From: an uncultured archaeon
GTDB taxonomy: Archaea > Thermoplasmatota > Poseidoniia > MGIII > CAYLMJ01
Assembly (NCBI GenBank): GCA_964434315.1
Contig: CAYSUX010000001.1
Location: 1-37,791 of the forward strand
DNA length: 37,791 nt
Reading direction: 5' to 3'
Part shown: positions 27,786 to 35,797 of the stretch, piece by piece
Numbering within the stretch: position 1 is the stretch's first letter
How the letters are laid out: each line of letters begins with the position of its first letter
Notes under the pieces: generated by a model
Database searches by the model: none
What the model saw: only the letters and a program-made list of their open reading frames with translations
Told to the model about the DNA's origin: nothing
Position numbers and translations under genes: made by a program

Positions 27786-28903
27786 GTCAGTTCATCCAGC
27801 CACCTTGCGATCTTGCCCGCCATTGCCTTGCCGATACCTGGTAATCGCGTCAGACCCTCTTCGCCATCCTTTTTATATAGCTCGTCGACAGGATGTTCAA
27901 GCTCATCGATGGCCCAGGCGGCCTTGCGATAGGCCCAGATCCGTTGTTGATGGGTCTGTTCCAGTTCCAGGTCAAAGGTGGCCAGGAACAGCTTCTCCCC
28001 AATGAGCTTGTTGATGCCAAATGGGCCCGGCGGGATGTAACGGGGAATGCGGTGAGCCAGCCCGTGCAGTTCACACAGTTCTTTGACCATCCGCCCTTGC
28101 CGGGTCGCGTAACCGGAAGGCGGGCCATACCCGGGCTTGCCATCGGTTCGCCATTGATAGAGCTCGCGCCATTTGTCATCCATCGCGGGATCGAGCTTGC
28201 AGGCGGCGGCCAGACTTCGTTCGGCCTGGACCCCGGCCATGGTCAGCCCTCCTGACAGGACGAACGAGCCTCCATGAGTCCTGGTGGCCTTTACCACCTC
28301 TTCCAGATGAGCCTTGTCATCACCGACAAAGGGCAGGATGGGCATCAGGTTGGTACCGGTCTGGATACCCGCGTCGGCGACAACGCTCATGGCCTCCAGG
28401 CGGCTCTCCACCGAGGGGCTGCGCGGCTCAAAGGCCATCTTGAGGGCCGGGTCGAGACTGGAGAGGCTGAAGCTCACGCAGGCCCAGCTCTGTTCGTTGA
28501 TCTGCTTCAAAAGGTCCAGGTCACGGGTGACCAATGGCGAACGCTCGATCACTATCAAAGGGAATTTCAGGTCCCGAACCACCTTCAGCATACCCCTGGA
28601 GAGCTTGAAACGCTCCTCGGCCGGTACCTGCCAGTCACCGACGGCGACCACATCCACAGGCAACCGAGACAGTTCCATCCTGAGTCGGTCGACGGCGTTG
28701 AGCTTCACCGTGATATGGGTATCGAAGGTGGCCGGGTCCCGTTTGCCCAGATAATTGCCGCCCCTGGAATAGCAGAACTCACAGCCAAAACGGCAGCCGA
28801 TATAGGGATGGGCCGAGTACCGGTCCCAGAACCAGGCCCCGTCAACATGCTTGTGGACATTGACGATCTTGCGGGCGTGCTGCTCGATGAACTTGAGCTT
28901 CAA
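27782..28903 (-). CDS. Radical SAM protein (SplB/COG1533-like) with a C-terminal helix-hairpin-helix
   Basis: YIGCRFGCEFCY carries the CxxxCxxC radical SAM cluster motif near the N-terminus. The C-terminal LTRLPGIGKAMAGKIARWL is HhH-like. Confidence 0.75.
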   Translation of the reverse strand: MKLKFIEQHARKIVNVHKHVDGAWFWDRYSAHPYIGCRFGCEFCYSRGGNYLGKRDPATFDTHITVKLNAVDRLRMELSRLPVDVVAVGDWQVPAEERFKLSRGMLKVVRDLKFPLIVIERSPLVTRDLDLLKQINEQSWACVSFSLSSLDPALKMAFEPRSPSVESRLEAMSVVADAGIQTGTNLMPILPFVGDDKAHLEEVVKATRTHGGSFVLSGGLTMAGVQAERSLAAACKLDPAMDDKWRELYQWRTDGKPGYGPPSGYATRQGRMVKELCELHGLAHRIPRYIPPGPFGINKLIGEKLFLATFDLELEQTHQQRIWAYRKAAWAIDELEHPVDELYKKDGEEGLTRLPGIGKAMAGKIARWLDELT

Positions 28904-29081
28904 TCGCTCCCGCCCCCTGCCTGCACGACGGTCGCCAGTTCTCGCTGTTCATCGTCCAGATAGGTGAGGGCTGTGTGTATCTGCTCCCTGGCCGTCCCGA
29001 CATTCATCACCTTCAGGAGTCGATTGGGGCTAAAAACAACTCGCCCGCCTTTATTTTTAGCCAGACGCCCATGCCCCGCTC

Positions 29082-29888
29082 ATGCCCACACTTTTGCTGG
29101 ATAACTTCCTTGATACCAAGTACTCGAAATGGTTCTCCCGTTACCACAGCGATGAGCTGGAGACCTTCCGGGCCCCTGAAGGGCGGTTCCCGGAGGATCT
29201 GACCCGTTACGACCATGCCATCCTCTCGGGTTCCGAGGATTCGGTCGTCGAGGACCGCGATTGGGTGGACACCGAGATGGAGTTGATCCGGGAGCTCGCT
29301 CGCCTGAAGATCCCGACCCTGGGTCTGTGCTACGGCCACCAGCTCATCGCCAGGGCCCTTATCGGCCCCGAGGCTGTCCGCCGCACCCTCACGCCCGAGT
29401 TCGGGTGGATCGAGATTATCCTGTCTGATATGGAATCCACGATCGACGGCGTGGCTTCCCCGACAAAAGCAGGGTCGGGCAGAGAAGCTGCCTTGACCAT
29501 GACCAAAACCCCCACCGAACCCGGTAGGCCTGCCCGGTTCGCGACCCCATCGCCTGATGCTCTTATGGCCGGCCTGCCCCCTCGATTCCATGCCTTCAAC
29601 AGCCACTTCGACGAGGTAGCCGCCAAGGCTCTGGCCGCCGACGGCCGGTTCCGGGCCCTGGCCACCTCGGCAGGCTGCGCGGTCCAGGCCTTTGGTGTGA
29701 AGGAGGCTCCCATATGGGGCATCCAGTTCCACCCCGAGATCAGCATCACCGACGGTGTGCTCTTTCTGCGCGATATCGCCGAGTATGTGGCCGGGGCGGG
29801 CTTTGATGTGGAGGAGGCGATGGCTAGCCGGGCGAGGGCGGCGGAGGGTGTGAGCCGGAGGCTGTTCGGGAATTTTTATGGGGTTTGA
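29082..29888 (+). CDS. Class I glutamine amidotransferase-like protein with an internal insertion
   Basis: LGLCYGHQLIARAL carries the nucleophile Cys and WGIQFHPE the catalytic His-x-Glu region. A Pro/Thr/Ala-rich insert of about 50 aa lies between the two halves. Confidence 0.75.
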   Translation: MPTLLLDNFLDTKYSKWFSRYHSDELETFRAPEGRFPEDLTRYDHAILSGSEDSVVEDRDWVDTEMELIRELARLKIPTLGLCYGHQLIARALIGPEAVRRTLTPEFGWIEIILSDMESTIDGVASPTKAGSGREAALTMTKTPTEPGRPARFATPSPDALMAGLPPRFHAFNSHFDEVAAKALAADGRFRALATSAGCAVQAFGVKEAPIWGIQFHPEISITDGVLFLRDIAEYVAGAGFDVEEAMASRARAAEGVSRRLFGNFYGV

Positions 29889-29903
29889 GTGCTCATCATT
29901 TCA

Positions 29904-30515
29904 TTATTTCAGGTCACCCTCCGGCCCAGTCCTCGACCAGACGACCTCCTCGCCCCTCCAGACCCTCCGGATGCGGTGCAGCGGCACGGTGCGCCGTCGT
30001 CGCCGGTCGCCGCCTCCGCTGCCGATCTGCCGGCCACCGCCTCTGGGCCCACCGCCGATCGGCCGCCAGCCTCGGCCCCGGCTGCCGCTGCTACCACTGT
30101 CGCTGCCGTCGCCACCACCGGTCCCCGGGTCCCCGCCTCGGCTACGGCCCTCGTCGTCGGTATCGGTGTCCGCGTCCTCCTCTTCGATCAGCCTGAGGGC
30201 GAACTTGTCCGAGGCCTCCCAGTCGATAGCGGCCAGCGGGGCTTCGATTATCTCCCTGGCTATCCGGTCCCAGTATCCCATGGAGTGGTCGGCCAGGTCG
30301 TAGGCCGGGGATGGGTCCCAGCGTAGCCGGTTGAGCAGCTCCAGGATGGTCGTTTGTCCGGGCTTCTTCCCATCATCATCTTTCGAGGGCTCGTCGGCGC
30401 CTGGAAGAGGCGGGCATACCGGAGCCATCCCAGCCATACGTTCCGGGTTCGAAGGTTCTTCATCCATATCTGTGATCTGTGATCGAAGGAGGCACAATAT
30501 CCTCAAGTCTGCCAT
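29904..30515 (-). CDS. DUF504/UPF0248-like protein carrying an acidic plus RGG/Gly-Arg-rich low-complexity insertion
   Basis: ILELLNRLRWDPS... and ...VPLHRIRRVWRGEEVVWSR match the N- and C-terminal blocks of small archaeal DUF504 proteins. Between them lies EEEDADTDTDDEGRSRGGDPGTGGGDGSDSGSSGSRGRGWRPIGGGPRGGGRQIGSGGGDRRRRR. The true start among several Met codons is uncertain. Confidence 0.5.
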   Translation of the reverse strand: MADLRILCLLRSQITDMDEEPSNPERMAGMAPVCPPLPGADEPSKDDDGKKPGQTTILELLNRLRWDPSPAYDLADHSMGYWDRIAREIIEAPLAAIDWEASDKFALRLIEEEDADTDTDDEGRSRGGDPGTGGGDGSDSGSSGSRGRGWRPIGGGPRGGGRQIGSGGGDRRRRRTVPLHRIRRVWRGEEVVWSRTGPEGDLK

Positions 30516-30564
30516 AGGGTCAGGTCTGCCATAGGGTTAAAACATATCCCTGGCTGAGCTGCCC

Positions 30565-31713
30565 ATGGACCTGGTATTGGACGACCAACAGCGCATGATG
30601 CGCGACATGGTGCGCGACTATTCCCAGACCAAGCTGAAACCCAGGGCTGCCGAACTGGACCGGACAGCCGGATTCCCCGCGAGGTCTATTGACGAGATGG
30701 CTAAGCTTGGACTTTTCGGTATGGTCGTGCCCGAGGAGTATGGCGGCGTCGGCGCCGATTACCTCTCCTACATCCTCTGTATCGAGGAGATGGCCCGAGC
30801 CTGCATGGCGACCTCCACCATAGTGTGTGTGGTCAACTCCCTGGCAGCCTTGCCGATATTGAACTTTGGCAATGCTGACCAGAAGCAGCGTTTCCTTCCC
30901 AGGATCGCCTCGGGCAAGGTCCTGGGAGCCTACGCGCTGACCGAAGCCGAGGCTGGATCGGACCCGGCATCCATGCGAACTACCGCCATTCGAAAGGGGG
31001 ATGAATACATCCTTTCGGGCGAGAAGGTCCTGATCAGCAACGGTGGGACCTCGGACATCATCATCGTCTTTGCCGTTACTGACCCCGATGGTCCCAGAGG
31101 TCGCAACATCACGGCCTTTGTTATCGACAAGACCGACGTGGGAGCGAGTCTTGAGATCGGGCAACCCGAGTCCAAGATGGGGATCCGGGGCGCCAATACC
31201 ACGACCCTGAACTTCAATGATGTCAGGGTTCCGGTCGCTAACCGGCTGGGACCCGAGGGTGTCGGTTTGAAGGTGGCATTGGGTACCACTGACTCCGGTC
31301 GAATAGTGGTCGCGGCACAGTCCCTGGGTGTGGCCCGGGTCGCCCTTGAGGAGGCGGTGGAACAATCCCGGCAACGCGCCCAGTTCAACAAACCCATCGG
31401 CAAGAATCAGGGATTATCCTTCCAACTGGCCGATTGCGCCACCAGGTTGGAGGCTGCGGCCCATCTAACCTACCATGCGACCCGGCTCAAGCAGGCTGGT
31501 CAACCCTTCACCAGGGACGCGGCCATGGCAAAGCTCTATGCCTCGGAGACAGCGGCCTTTGTCACCGATGTGGCCGTACAGGCCTTCGGAGGCTATGGCT
31601 TCTGCCGCGACTACCCTGTCGAGCGCTACTACCGGGACGCTCGCATACTCCGGCTCTATGAGGGCACATCCGAGATACAGCGACTTGTGATAGCCCGCCA
31701 TCTGGGCCTGTGA
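30565..31713 (+). CDS. Acyl-CoA dehydrogenase (short/medium-chain type)
   Basis: 382 aa with YALTEAEAGSDPASMRTTA and YEGTSEIQRLVIARHL, canonical ACAD signatures. Confidence 0.9.
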   Translation: MDLVLDDQQRMMRDMVRDYSQTKLKPRAAELDRTAGFPARSIDEMAKLGLFGMVVPEEYGGVGADYLSYILCIEEMARACMATSTIVCVVNSLAALPILNFGNADQKQRFLPRIASGKVLGAYALTEAEAGSDPASMRTTAIRKGDEYILSGEKVLISNGGTSDIIIVFAVTDPDGPRGRNITAFVIDKTDVGASLEIGQPESKMGIRGANTTTLNFNDVRVPVANRLGPEGVGLKVALGTTDSGRIVVAAQSLGVARVALEEAVEQSRQRAQFNKPIGKNQGLSFQLADCATRLEAAAHLTYHATRLKQAGQPFTRDAAMAKLYASETAAFVTDVAVQAFGGYGFCRDYPVERYYRDARILRLYEGTSEIQRLVIARHLGL

Positions 31714-31874
31714 CACGTTCGAATCCAATGCCCTGTCCATTGCGTTTTTCCATGTAGGATCGCCTTTACAACATTATCGATCACGATAATAAACAGGCAG
31801 AAGTATTAAATATGATGGAAATCACCTTTTTATTTAACATATCCAGATGTATTCAATATTACGCGAGGCCGCAC

Positions 31875-33482
31875 ATGGACGAGTATAACGATGAGGACTA
31901 CGAGCCTGACGAACTGGATTTCGACTTGGACGGTGAGTCGGATGGATCATCTTTCTGGGATCGAATACTGCTTAGCAAGCTGGATGATGAACAGTATGAT
32001 TCCATGATCCAGAATTCCCTGATCGTGGCATTCATAGGTCTTGTACTGCTGCCCATCAGCCTGATCTGGTTATGGGGTTCTGGTATCTTCTTGTATGTGG
32101 TTATCGCCGCCATAGTCCTTTTGCTTGTCGGACTGGGCCTGTTCTATGTGCTACTTGGCCAACCCAGTGGGGAACAGATGAAGGAACTCTTCTCGGCCTG
32201 GAAGCGTCACAGTGTGGACCGGGTAAAAAGTACCATCCCCGGGTTAAAAGACAAGGCCGAGGATAAAGAAGAGGATGATGAGGAAGAGGACCTGGACGAT
32301 GCTGGCCTCACCATCGATTTAATGACCGGTGAGGAAGGGGCAGAAGGTCTGACCACTGTCGACCATCACCTGGAGTCAGCCTTTGCCGAGATGCAGAGCG
32401 AGGCCGCCCAGGCCGAGGCTCACTTTGCCGAGCGAACAGACGAGGAATGGCTGGCCGAAGGGATCATCCCCCCCAAGGTGGCAGCGCGTATTGCCATGGA
32501 AGCAGGGGCCCGGACCAAGGAGATGTCCGAGCAGATCATAGAGTTGATGGACGCCCGGGAAGAGGCTCAAAAGCAGCGTCATACCGAGAATTGCAACCTC
32601 ATGGAAGAGGTCATTGGCGGGCTCAAAATGCTAAACGAGCAACTTGGTAATCTGGTCAATAGCTGGCCCGAGGACCATGAACCGGCGCGTCTGATGACTG
32701 TGGTCTCTGGTGACAACAGCTACCCGGTCTACCAACCTCAGGTCGAGGCACCTTTGATCGCGGATGGACAGGTTGATGAATCCAAGCCGGTGTCACCCAG
32801 CAGCCAGGCTGAGCAGGAGCTTTTCGCCATAGATACCAGCACCATCTCCCAGGCCGAGGTCAAACCCAAAGTAGGGGATACGGTCATCGTTGAACAGATC
32901 AACCGCCTCATGGACCTACCCATTGCCGGCATCCTGCAGAGCCGCGAGGTGGACGAGGTCGTACTGGACATACTATCCGGTACCAATGCCACCTATTGGA
33001 GGGTCCGCAACCTCAGGGCTTCCAAGACCGCCTATCAGGATCTACGGCTCACACCAGAACAGGCCGAGGACCTTGTACGCAGGCTTGATAATAAGCTTAA
33101 GAAGGTCCGGGCTTTCGATGATCCAGCCCTGCGCGCGGGGTTGATACTCGAAGGTCTGGGTGACCCATTCTACCGTCTTTGCGTCATCAAGGAAGTCTTC
33201 CCGGATGGTGATGGCCAACCAGTCGAACCAAATCTGGATGATTTCTCCAGGGTGGCAGCCGCCACGGGTCTTGACGAGTGGCTTGAGATGATCCAGCAAG
33301 GAGATATCGAACAGATCACCGAGCGCCTGGAAGGCTCCAGCGATTTCCTCATAGACTACCATCTTCTGGCGCCCATTGCCCAGAAGAAGCTCAAGCAAGC
33401 CCTGATGGACGACCTTATCGAAAGACAACGCAATGCTGTCTCTATCCTGCTCGAACCGGGAAGCGGTCCGGATACCAAGTAA
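31875..33482 (+). CDS. Hypothetical membrane protein with acidic N-terminus, two or three TM helices and a long acidic helical C-terminal region
   Basis: I start at the ATG at 31875 (MDEYNDEDYEPDE), because the AT-rich TATA-like TTTTTATTTAA at 31827-31837 lies inside the longer track ORF. The TM segments are LIVAFIGLVLLPISLIWLW and IFLYVVIAAIVLLLVGLGLFYVLL. Confidence 0.6.
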   Translation: MDEYNDEDYEPDELDFDLDGESDGSSFWDRILLSKLDDEQYDSMIQNSLIVAFIGLVLLPISLIWLWGSGIFLYVVIAAIVLLLVGLGLFYVLLGQPSGEQMKELFSAWKRHSVDRVKSTIPGLKDKAEDKEEDDEEEDLDDAGLTIDLMTGEEGAEGLTTVDHHLESAFAEMQSEAAQAEAHFAERTDEEWLAEGIIPPKVAARIAMEAGARTKEMSEQIIELMDAREEAQKQRHTENCNLMEEVIGGLKMLNEQLGNLVNSWPEDHEPARLMTVVSGDNSYPVYQPQVEAPLIADGQVDESKPVSPSSQAEQELFAIDTSTISQAEVKPKVGDTVIVEQINRLMDLPIAGILQSREVDEVVLDILSGTNATYWRVRNLRASKTAYQDLRLTPEQAEDLVRRLDNKLKKVRAFDDPALRAGLILEGLGDPFYRLCVIKEVFPDGDGQPVEPNLDDFSRVAAATGLDEWLEMIQQGDIEQITERLEGSSDFLIDYHLLAPIAQKKLKQALMDDLIERQRNAVSILLEPGSGPDTK

Positions 33483-33553
33483 CTGACTGACTGCGAGTTT
33501 GATATGCTGAATAGACCAAAACGTTAAGACCGTTCCATATTCTTGGCGTTTCG

Positions 33554-34639
33554 ATGGAGCAAGCTACAGCGCTCTCCAAATCGAAGCCCTCCCTCGACTC
33601 GATTATCCAACGCATTGGGACAGCCAAGGAGACCCTTGGTGAGAACGTAATGGTCCTGGGTCATCACTATCAGCGTGACGAGGTCTTCCAGTTTGCTGAT
33701 ATGGCCGGCGATAGCTTTAACCTTACCAGGGCCGCAGCGGCCAATCCGAAGGCCCGTTACATCGTCTTTTGCGGGGTTCACTTTATGGCCGAGTCGGCGG
33801 ATATCCTTACCAATGACGACCAGGCCGTAATCCTACCTGACCTCGATGCCGGCTGTACTATGGCCGATATGGCCACCATCGAGGATGTGGAGGAGGCGTG
33901 GGAGATCATCACCGAAGCCCAGCCGGGTCGCAAGATCCTCCCGATCACCTATGTCAACTCCTCGGCTACCGTCAAGGCCATGGTGGGACGGCACGGCGGC
34001 TCGGCCTGCACCTCCTCCAACGCCGGGGCTGTAATCGCCTGGGCCCGTAAGCGAGCCGATCAGCTCGTTTTCATGCCCGACCAGCACCTGGGCCGCAACA
34101 CCTGCTACAAGATGGGCGTGCCCCTGGACCGGATGGTTCTGTGGGACCCAGGGCGGGAGACCGGCGGGCTGACCCCAGAGCAGCTCCGGCGGGCCGAGGT
34201 GATCCTCTGGAAGGGCCACTGCTCGGTGCATCAGCAGTTCACGACCCGGCAGATCGACTACTGGCGTAAAGAGTACCCCGACATCCGGATCGCCGTCCAC
34301 CCCGAATGCTCCTTTGAGGTAACCCAAAAAGCGGACTATTTTTCCTCCACCGAGGGCATCAAGAAGCTCATCCGCGACTCGCCGCCCGGCAGCCGCTGGG
34401 CCATTGGCACCGAGCACCACATGGTCAACCGACTCGCCGCCGCCTACCCCGACCGTTTCATAGTCACTCTGACCCCCTTCGCCTGCCAGTGCTCGACCAT
34501 GTACCGCATCGACCAGGCCAAGCTGCTCAGGGTCATGGAGGGTCTGGTCGAAGGCAAGCTCATCAACCGGATCAAGGTCGATGACGAGACCAAGCGGCTG
34601 GCCAGGGTGGCGCTGGAGCGGATGCTGGAGCTGGGTTGA
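33554..34639 (+). CDS. nadA: Quinolinate synthase
   Basis: VLGHHYQRDEVFQFAD..GDS, FCGVHFMAES, MPDQHLG and AVHPEC are NadA family blocks. Confidence 0.9.
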   Translation: MEQATALSKSKPSLDSIIQRIGTAKETLGENVMVLGHHYQRDEVFQFADMAGDSFNLTRAAAANPKARYIVFCGVHFMAESADILTNDDQAVILPDLDAGCTMADMATIEDVEEAWEIITEAQPGRKILPITYVNSSATVKAMVGRHGGSACTSSNAGAVIAWARKRADQLVFMPDQHLGRNTCYKMGVPLDRMVLWDPGRETGGLTPEQLRRAEVILWKGHCSVHQQFTTRQIDYWRKEYPDIRIAVHPECSFEVTQKADYFSSTEGIKKLIRDSPPGSRWAIGTEHHMVNRLAAAYPDRFIVTLTPFACQCSTMYRIDQAKLLRVMEGLVEGKLINRIKVDDETKRLARVALERMLELG

Positions 34640-34874
34640 GTCTGACTTACTTAAGAGGAAAAGAATCAAATGTTTGTTCTTTAGCCCTCTTCGTTTCGAT
34701 CAGTAGCTTATTACTCCCCATCCCCAACCCTCGACCGGCTTACCACCGAGTCCTCGACCACGGCCACCTTGTCACCCTCGACACGCCGGCCATGGACATG
34801 CCGCTGGAGCTTGGGCAGATAATGTTTCACCTTCACCCGTTTCTCGATGGTGTCCAGCAGGCCGTAGAAGAAGC

Positions 34875-34919
34875 CCACGGCCAGGCTCCGCCTGTCCTCC
34901 TCCGTGCTGCGCACGGCCA
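34875..34919. repeat. 45-nt perfect direct repeat, copy a
   Basis: CCACGGCCAGGCTCCGCCTGTCCTCCTCCGTGCTGCGCACGGCCA is identical to 35330-35374. On the minus strand both copies encode AVRSTEEDRRSLAV. Confidence 0.95.
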
Positions 34920-34933
34920 CGGCCACCTTTGGT

Positions 34934-34976
34934 GGCCTGAGACCGCAGACACGCCCTGGCGGGCGATCTCGCGGCC
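34934..34976 (-). repeat. Hairpin element E1 (43-nt long form)
   Basis: The minus-strand sequence is GGCCGCGAGATCGCCCGCCAGGGCGTGTCTGCGGTCTCAGGCC. Removing it shifts minus frame 1 into minus frame 0 and joins ...SREALL to PKVAVAVRSTEED... It is followed on the minus strand by the perfect 7-bp hairpin GGCCACC-AAA-GGTGGCC (34921-34937). Confidence 0.85.
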
Positions 34977-35087
34977 AGTAGCGCCTCCCGGCTCGGAGCG
35001 CCCGCCTCCAGCCTGAGGTCGCAACTGCCCTCCCGCTCCCCTGGGGCCACGCTCACACGCAGGACGTAAGCCACGGCCACCTCCGGT

Positions 35088-35130
35088 GGCCTGAGACTGC
35101 AGACACGCCCTGGCGGGCGGTCTCGCGGCC
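35088..35130 (-). repeat. Hairpin element E2 (43-nt long form)
   Basis: The minus-strand sequence is GGCCGCGAGACCGCCCGCCAGGGCGTGTCTGCAGTCTCAGGCC, which differs from E1 at 2 positions. Removing it joins ...AADGVKGL to PEVAVAYVLRVSV... in frame. It is followed by the hairpin GGCCACC-GGA-GGTGGCC (35075-35091). Confidence 0.85.
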
Positions 35131-35289
35131 AGGCCCTTGACCCCGTCGGCGGCGAACAAGGTTGTGGTTTTGGAACCCTTCTCGGCCCCGACTTCCGCTT
35201 CGCCTGTGGAGAGCTCACGACCGCCCTCAATCCGCCGCAGGTTCAGGTCCTCCACAACGGTGATCACCAGCGCGGCCAGCCATCGGCCT

Positions 35290-35331
35290 GGCCTGAGACC
35301 ACAGAAGCTCGCTACGCTCGTTCTTGCGGCC
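35290..35331 (-). repeat. Hairpin element E4 (42-nt long form with a different core)
   Basis: The minus-strand sequence is GGCCGCAAGAACGAGCGTAGCGAGCTTCTGTGGTCTCAGGCC. The ends match E1/E2 (GGCCGC.AGA...TCTG.GGTCTCAGGCC) but the 16-17 nt core is unrelated. At 42 nt it keeps the frame whether present or removed. It abuts 45-nt repeat copy b. Confidence 0.75.
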
Positions 35332-35374
35332 ACGGCCAGGCTCCGCCTGTCCTCCTCCGTGCTGCGCACGGCCA
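35330..35374. repeat. 45-nt perfect direct repeat, copy b
   Basis: Identical to 34875-34919. The two copies are 455 nt apart. Confidence 0.95.
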
Positions 35375-35524
35375 ACACCACCCGGGGCTCCAACGGCAGG
35401 CCTTTCAGTGTCTCTGCGGTGTGAGTCAGATTGGTCCAGCGTTCTTGCCATACCTCCGGGGTGAGGACGGCGCCCTTCAACAGGGGGCAGACCATCCATC
35501 GGCCAGCCTTGGGCGTGACCTCCC

Positions 35525-35558
35525 CCGCAGACACGCCCTGGCGGGCGGTCTCGCGGCC
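35525..35558 (-). repeat. Hairpin element E3 (34-nt short form)
   Basis: The minus-strand sequence is GGCCGCGAGACCGCCCGCCAGGGCGTGTCTGCGG, the same core as E2 but lacking the distal GTCTCAGGCC arm. The coding-like frame changes across it. A 35-nt deletion, not 34, would be needed to join the two frames. Confidence 0.8.
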
Positions 35559-35640
35559 ACCTCCACGGGCTCGGGGCGCAGCTCCTCGCGCTGGCGGGTG
35601 GCGTAATGGTAAAAGCTCACCTCCAGGCCGATCTGGCGCC

Positions 35641-35674
35641 GGCCGCGAGAATCTTTCGAGCAAAGATTCTGCGG
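35641..35674 (+). repeat. Hairpin element E5 (34-nt short form, inverted orientation, different core)
   Basis: The plus-strand sequence is GGCCGCGAGAATCTTTCGAGCAAAGATTCTGCGG. It has the same 10-nt and 7-nt ends and the same length as E3. The core ATCTTT-CGAGC-AAAGAT is a different perfect hairpin. Confidence 0.8.
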
Positions 35675-35797
35675 AAGAGGACAGTGAAGCTGGCCGTGGC
35701 CGCACTCCCCCTTGGGCCGCAGGATAAAGGCCAGGGTGGCCGAGGCCCCCGGCTCTAGCAGGGCCAGGCTCTCGGTGGTGTCGGCGGCCTCGAAATA

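Larger units (their letters stand above)
34711..35795 (-). pseudogene. 5'-truncated, interrupted gene remnant (beta-sandwich surface-protein-like), broken by five hairpin elements
   Basis: Minus-strand coding-like segments lie in three different frames: FEAADTTESLALLEPGASATLAFILRPK..., EVTPKAGRWMVCPLLKGAVLTPEVWQERW...AVRSTEEDRRSLAV, GRWLAALVITVVEDLNLRR...GVKGL, PEVAVAYVLRVSVAPGEREGSCDLRLEA..., and PKVAVAVRSTEEDRRSLAVGFFYGLLDTIEKR...GDGE-stop. Each junction coincides with a repeat element. There is no start codon, because the GC-rich sequence is cut off at about 35793 by the AT-rich block. Confidence 0.6.

Noticed and set aside
29878-30326. Three overlapping plus-strand ORFs (29878..30303, 29885..30196, 29889..30326) rich in Pro/Arg/Ser/Ala
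   Set aside because: They are the complement of the GC-rich low-complexity (RGG/acidic) insertion in the minus-strand DUF504-like gene. All three frames are open only because of the repeat composition.
2116-34669. Many long ORFs overlapping assigned genes, mostly antisense and a few in alternate frames on the same strand: 2116..2778, 8554..9195, 14309..15148, 14502..15029, 19795..20292, 21070..21780, 25265..25987, 25987..26655, 28274..28963, 29013..29732, 30520..31374, 33833..34669
   Set aside because: Each lies opposite, or in another frame of, a gene with clear family motifs. They have Gly/Arg/Pro/His-rich shadow composition typical of GC-rich DNA and lack recognisable motifs.
34934-35130. 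Bulge-helix-bulge (tRNA-endonuclease type) introns in an mRNA, suggested by frame restoration on removing E1 and E2
   Set aside because: For E2 I tried nine 43-nt excision registers around the element (cut sites shifted from -2 to +6 nt). None gave a 4-bp central helix flanked by two 3-nt bulges at the splice points. It is kept as an alternative to test by RNA-seq, but the sequence does not support it structurally.
34875-35374. Diversity-generating retroelement TR/VR pair
   Set aside because: The two 45-nt copies are identical, with no adenine-specific differences, and no reverse transcriptase ORF is present in the window.
34934-35674. Possible CRISPR array formed by the repeated 34-43 nt hairpin sequences
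   Set aside because: The spacings are irregular (82, 193, 159 and 111 nt). One copy is inverted, the cores differ between copies, and the intervening sequences read as pieces of one protein-coding gene. No cas genes are visible.
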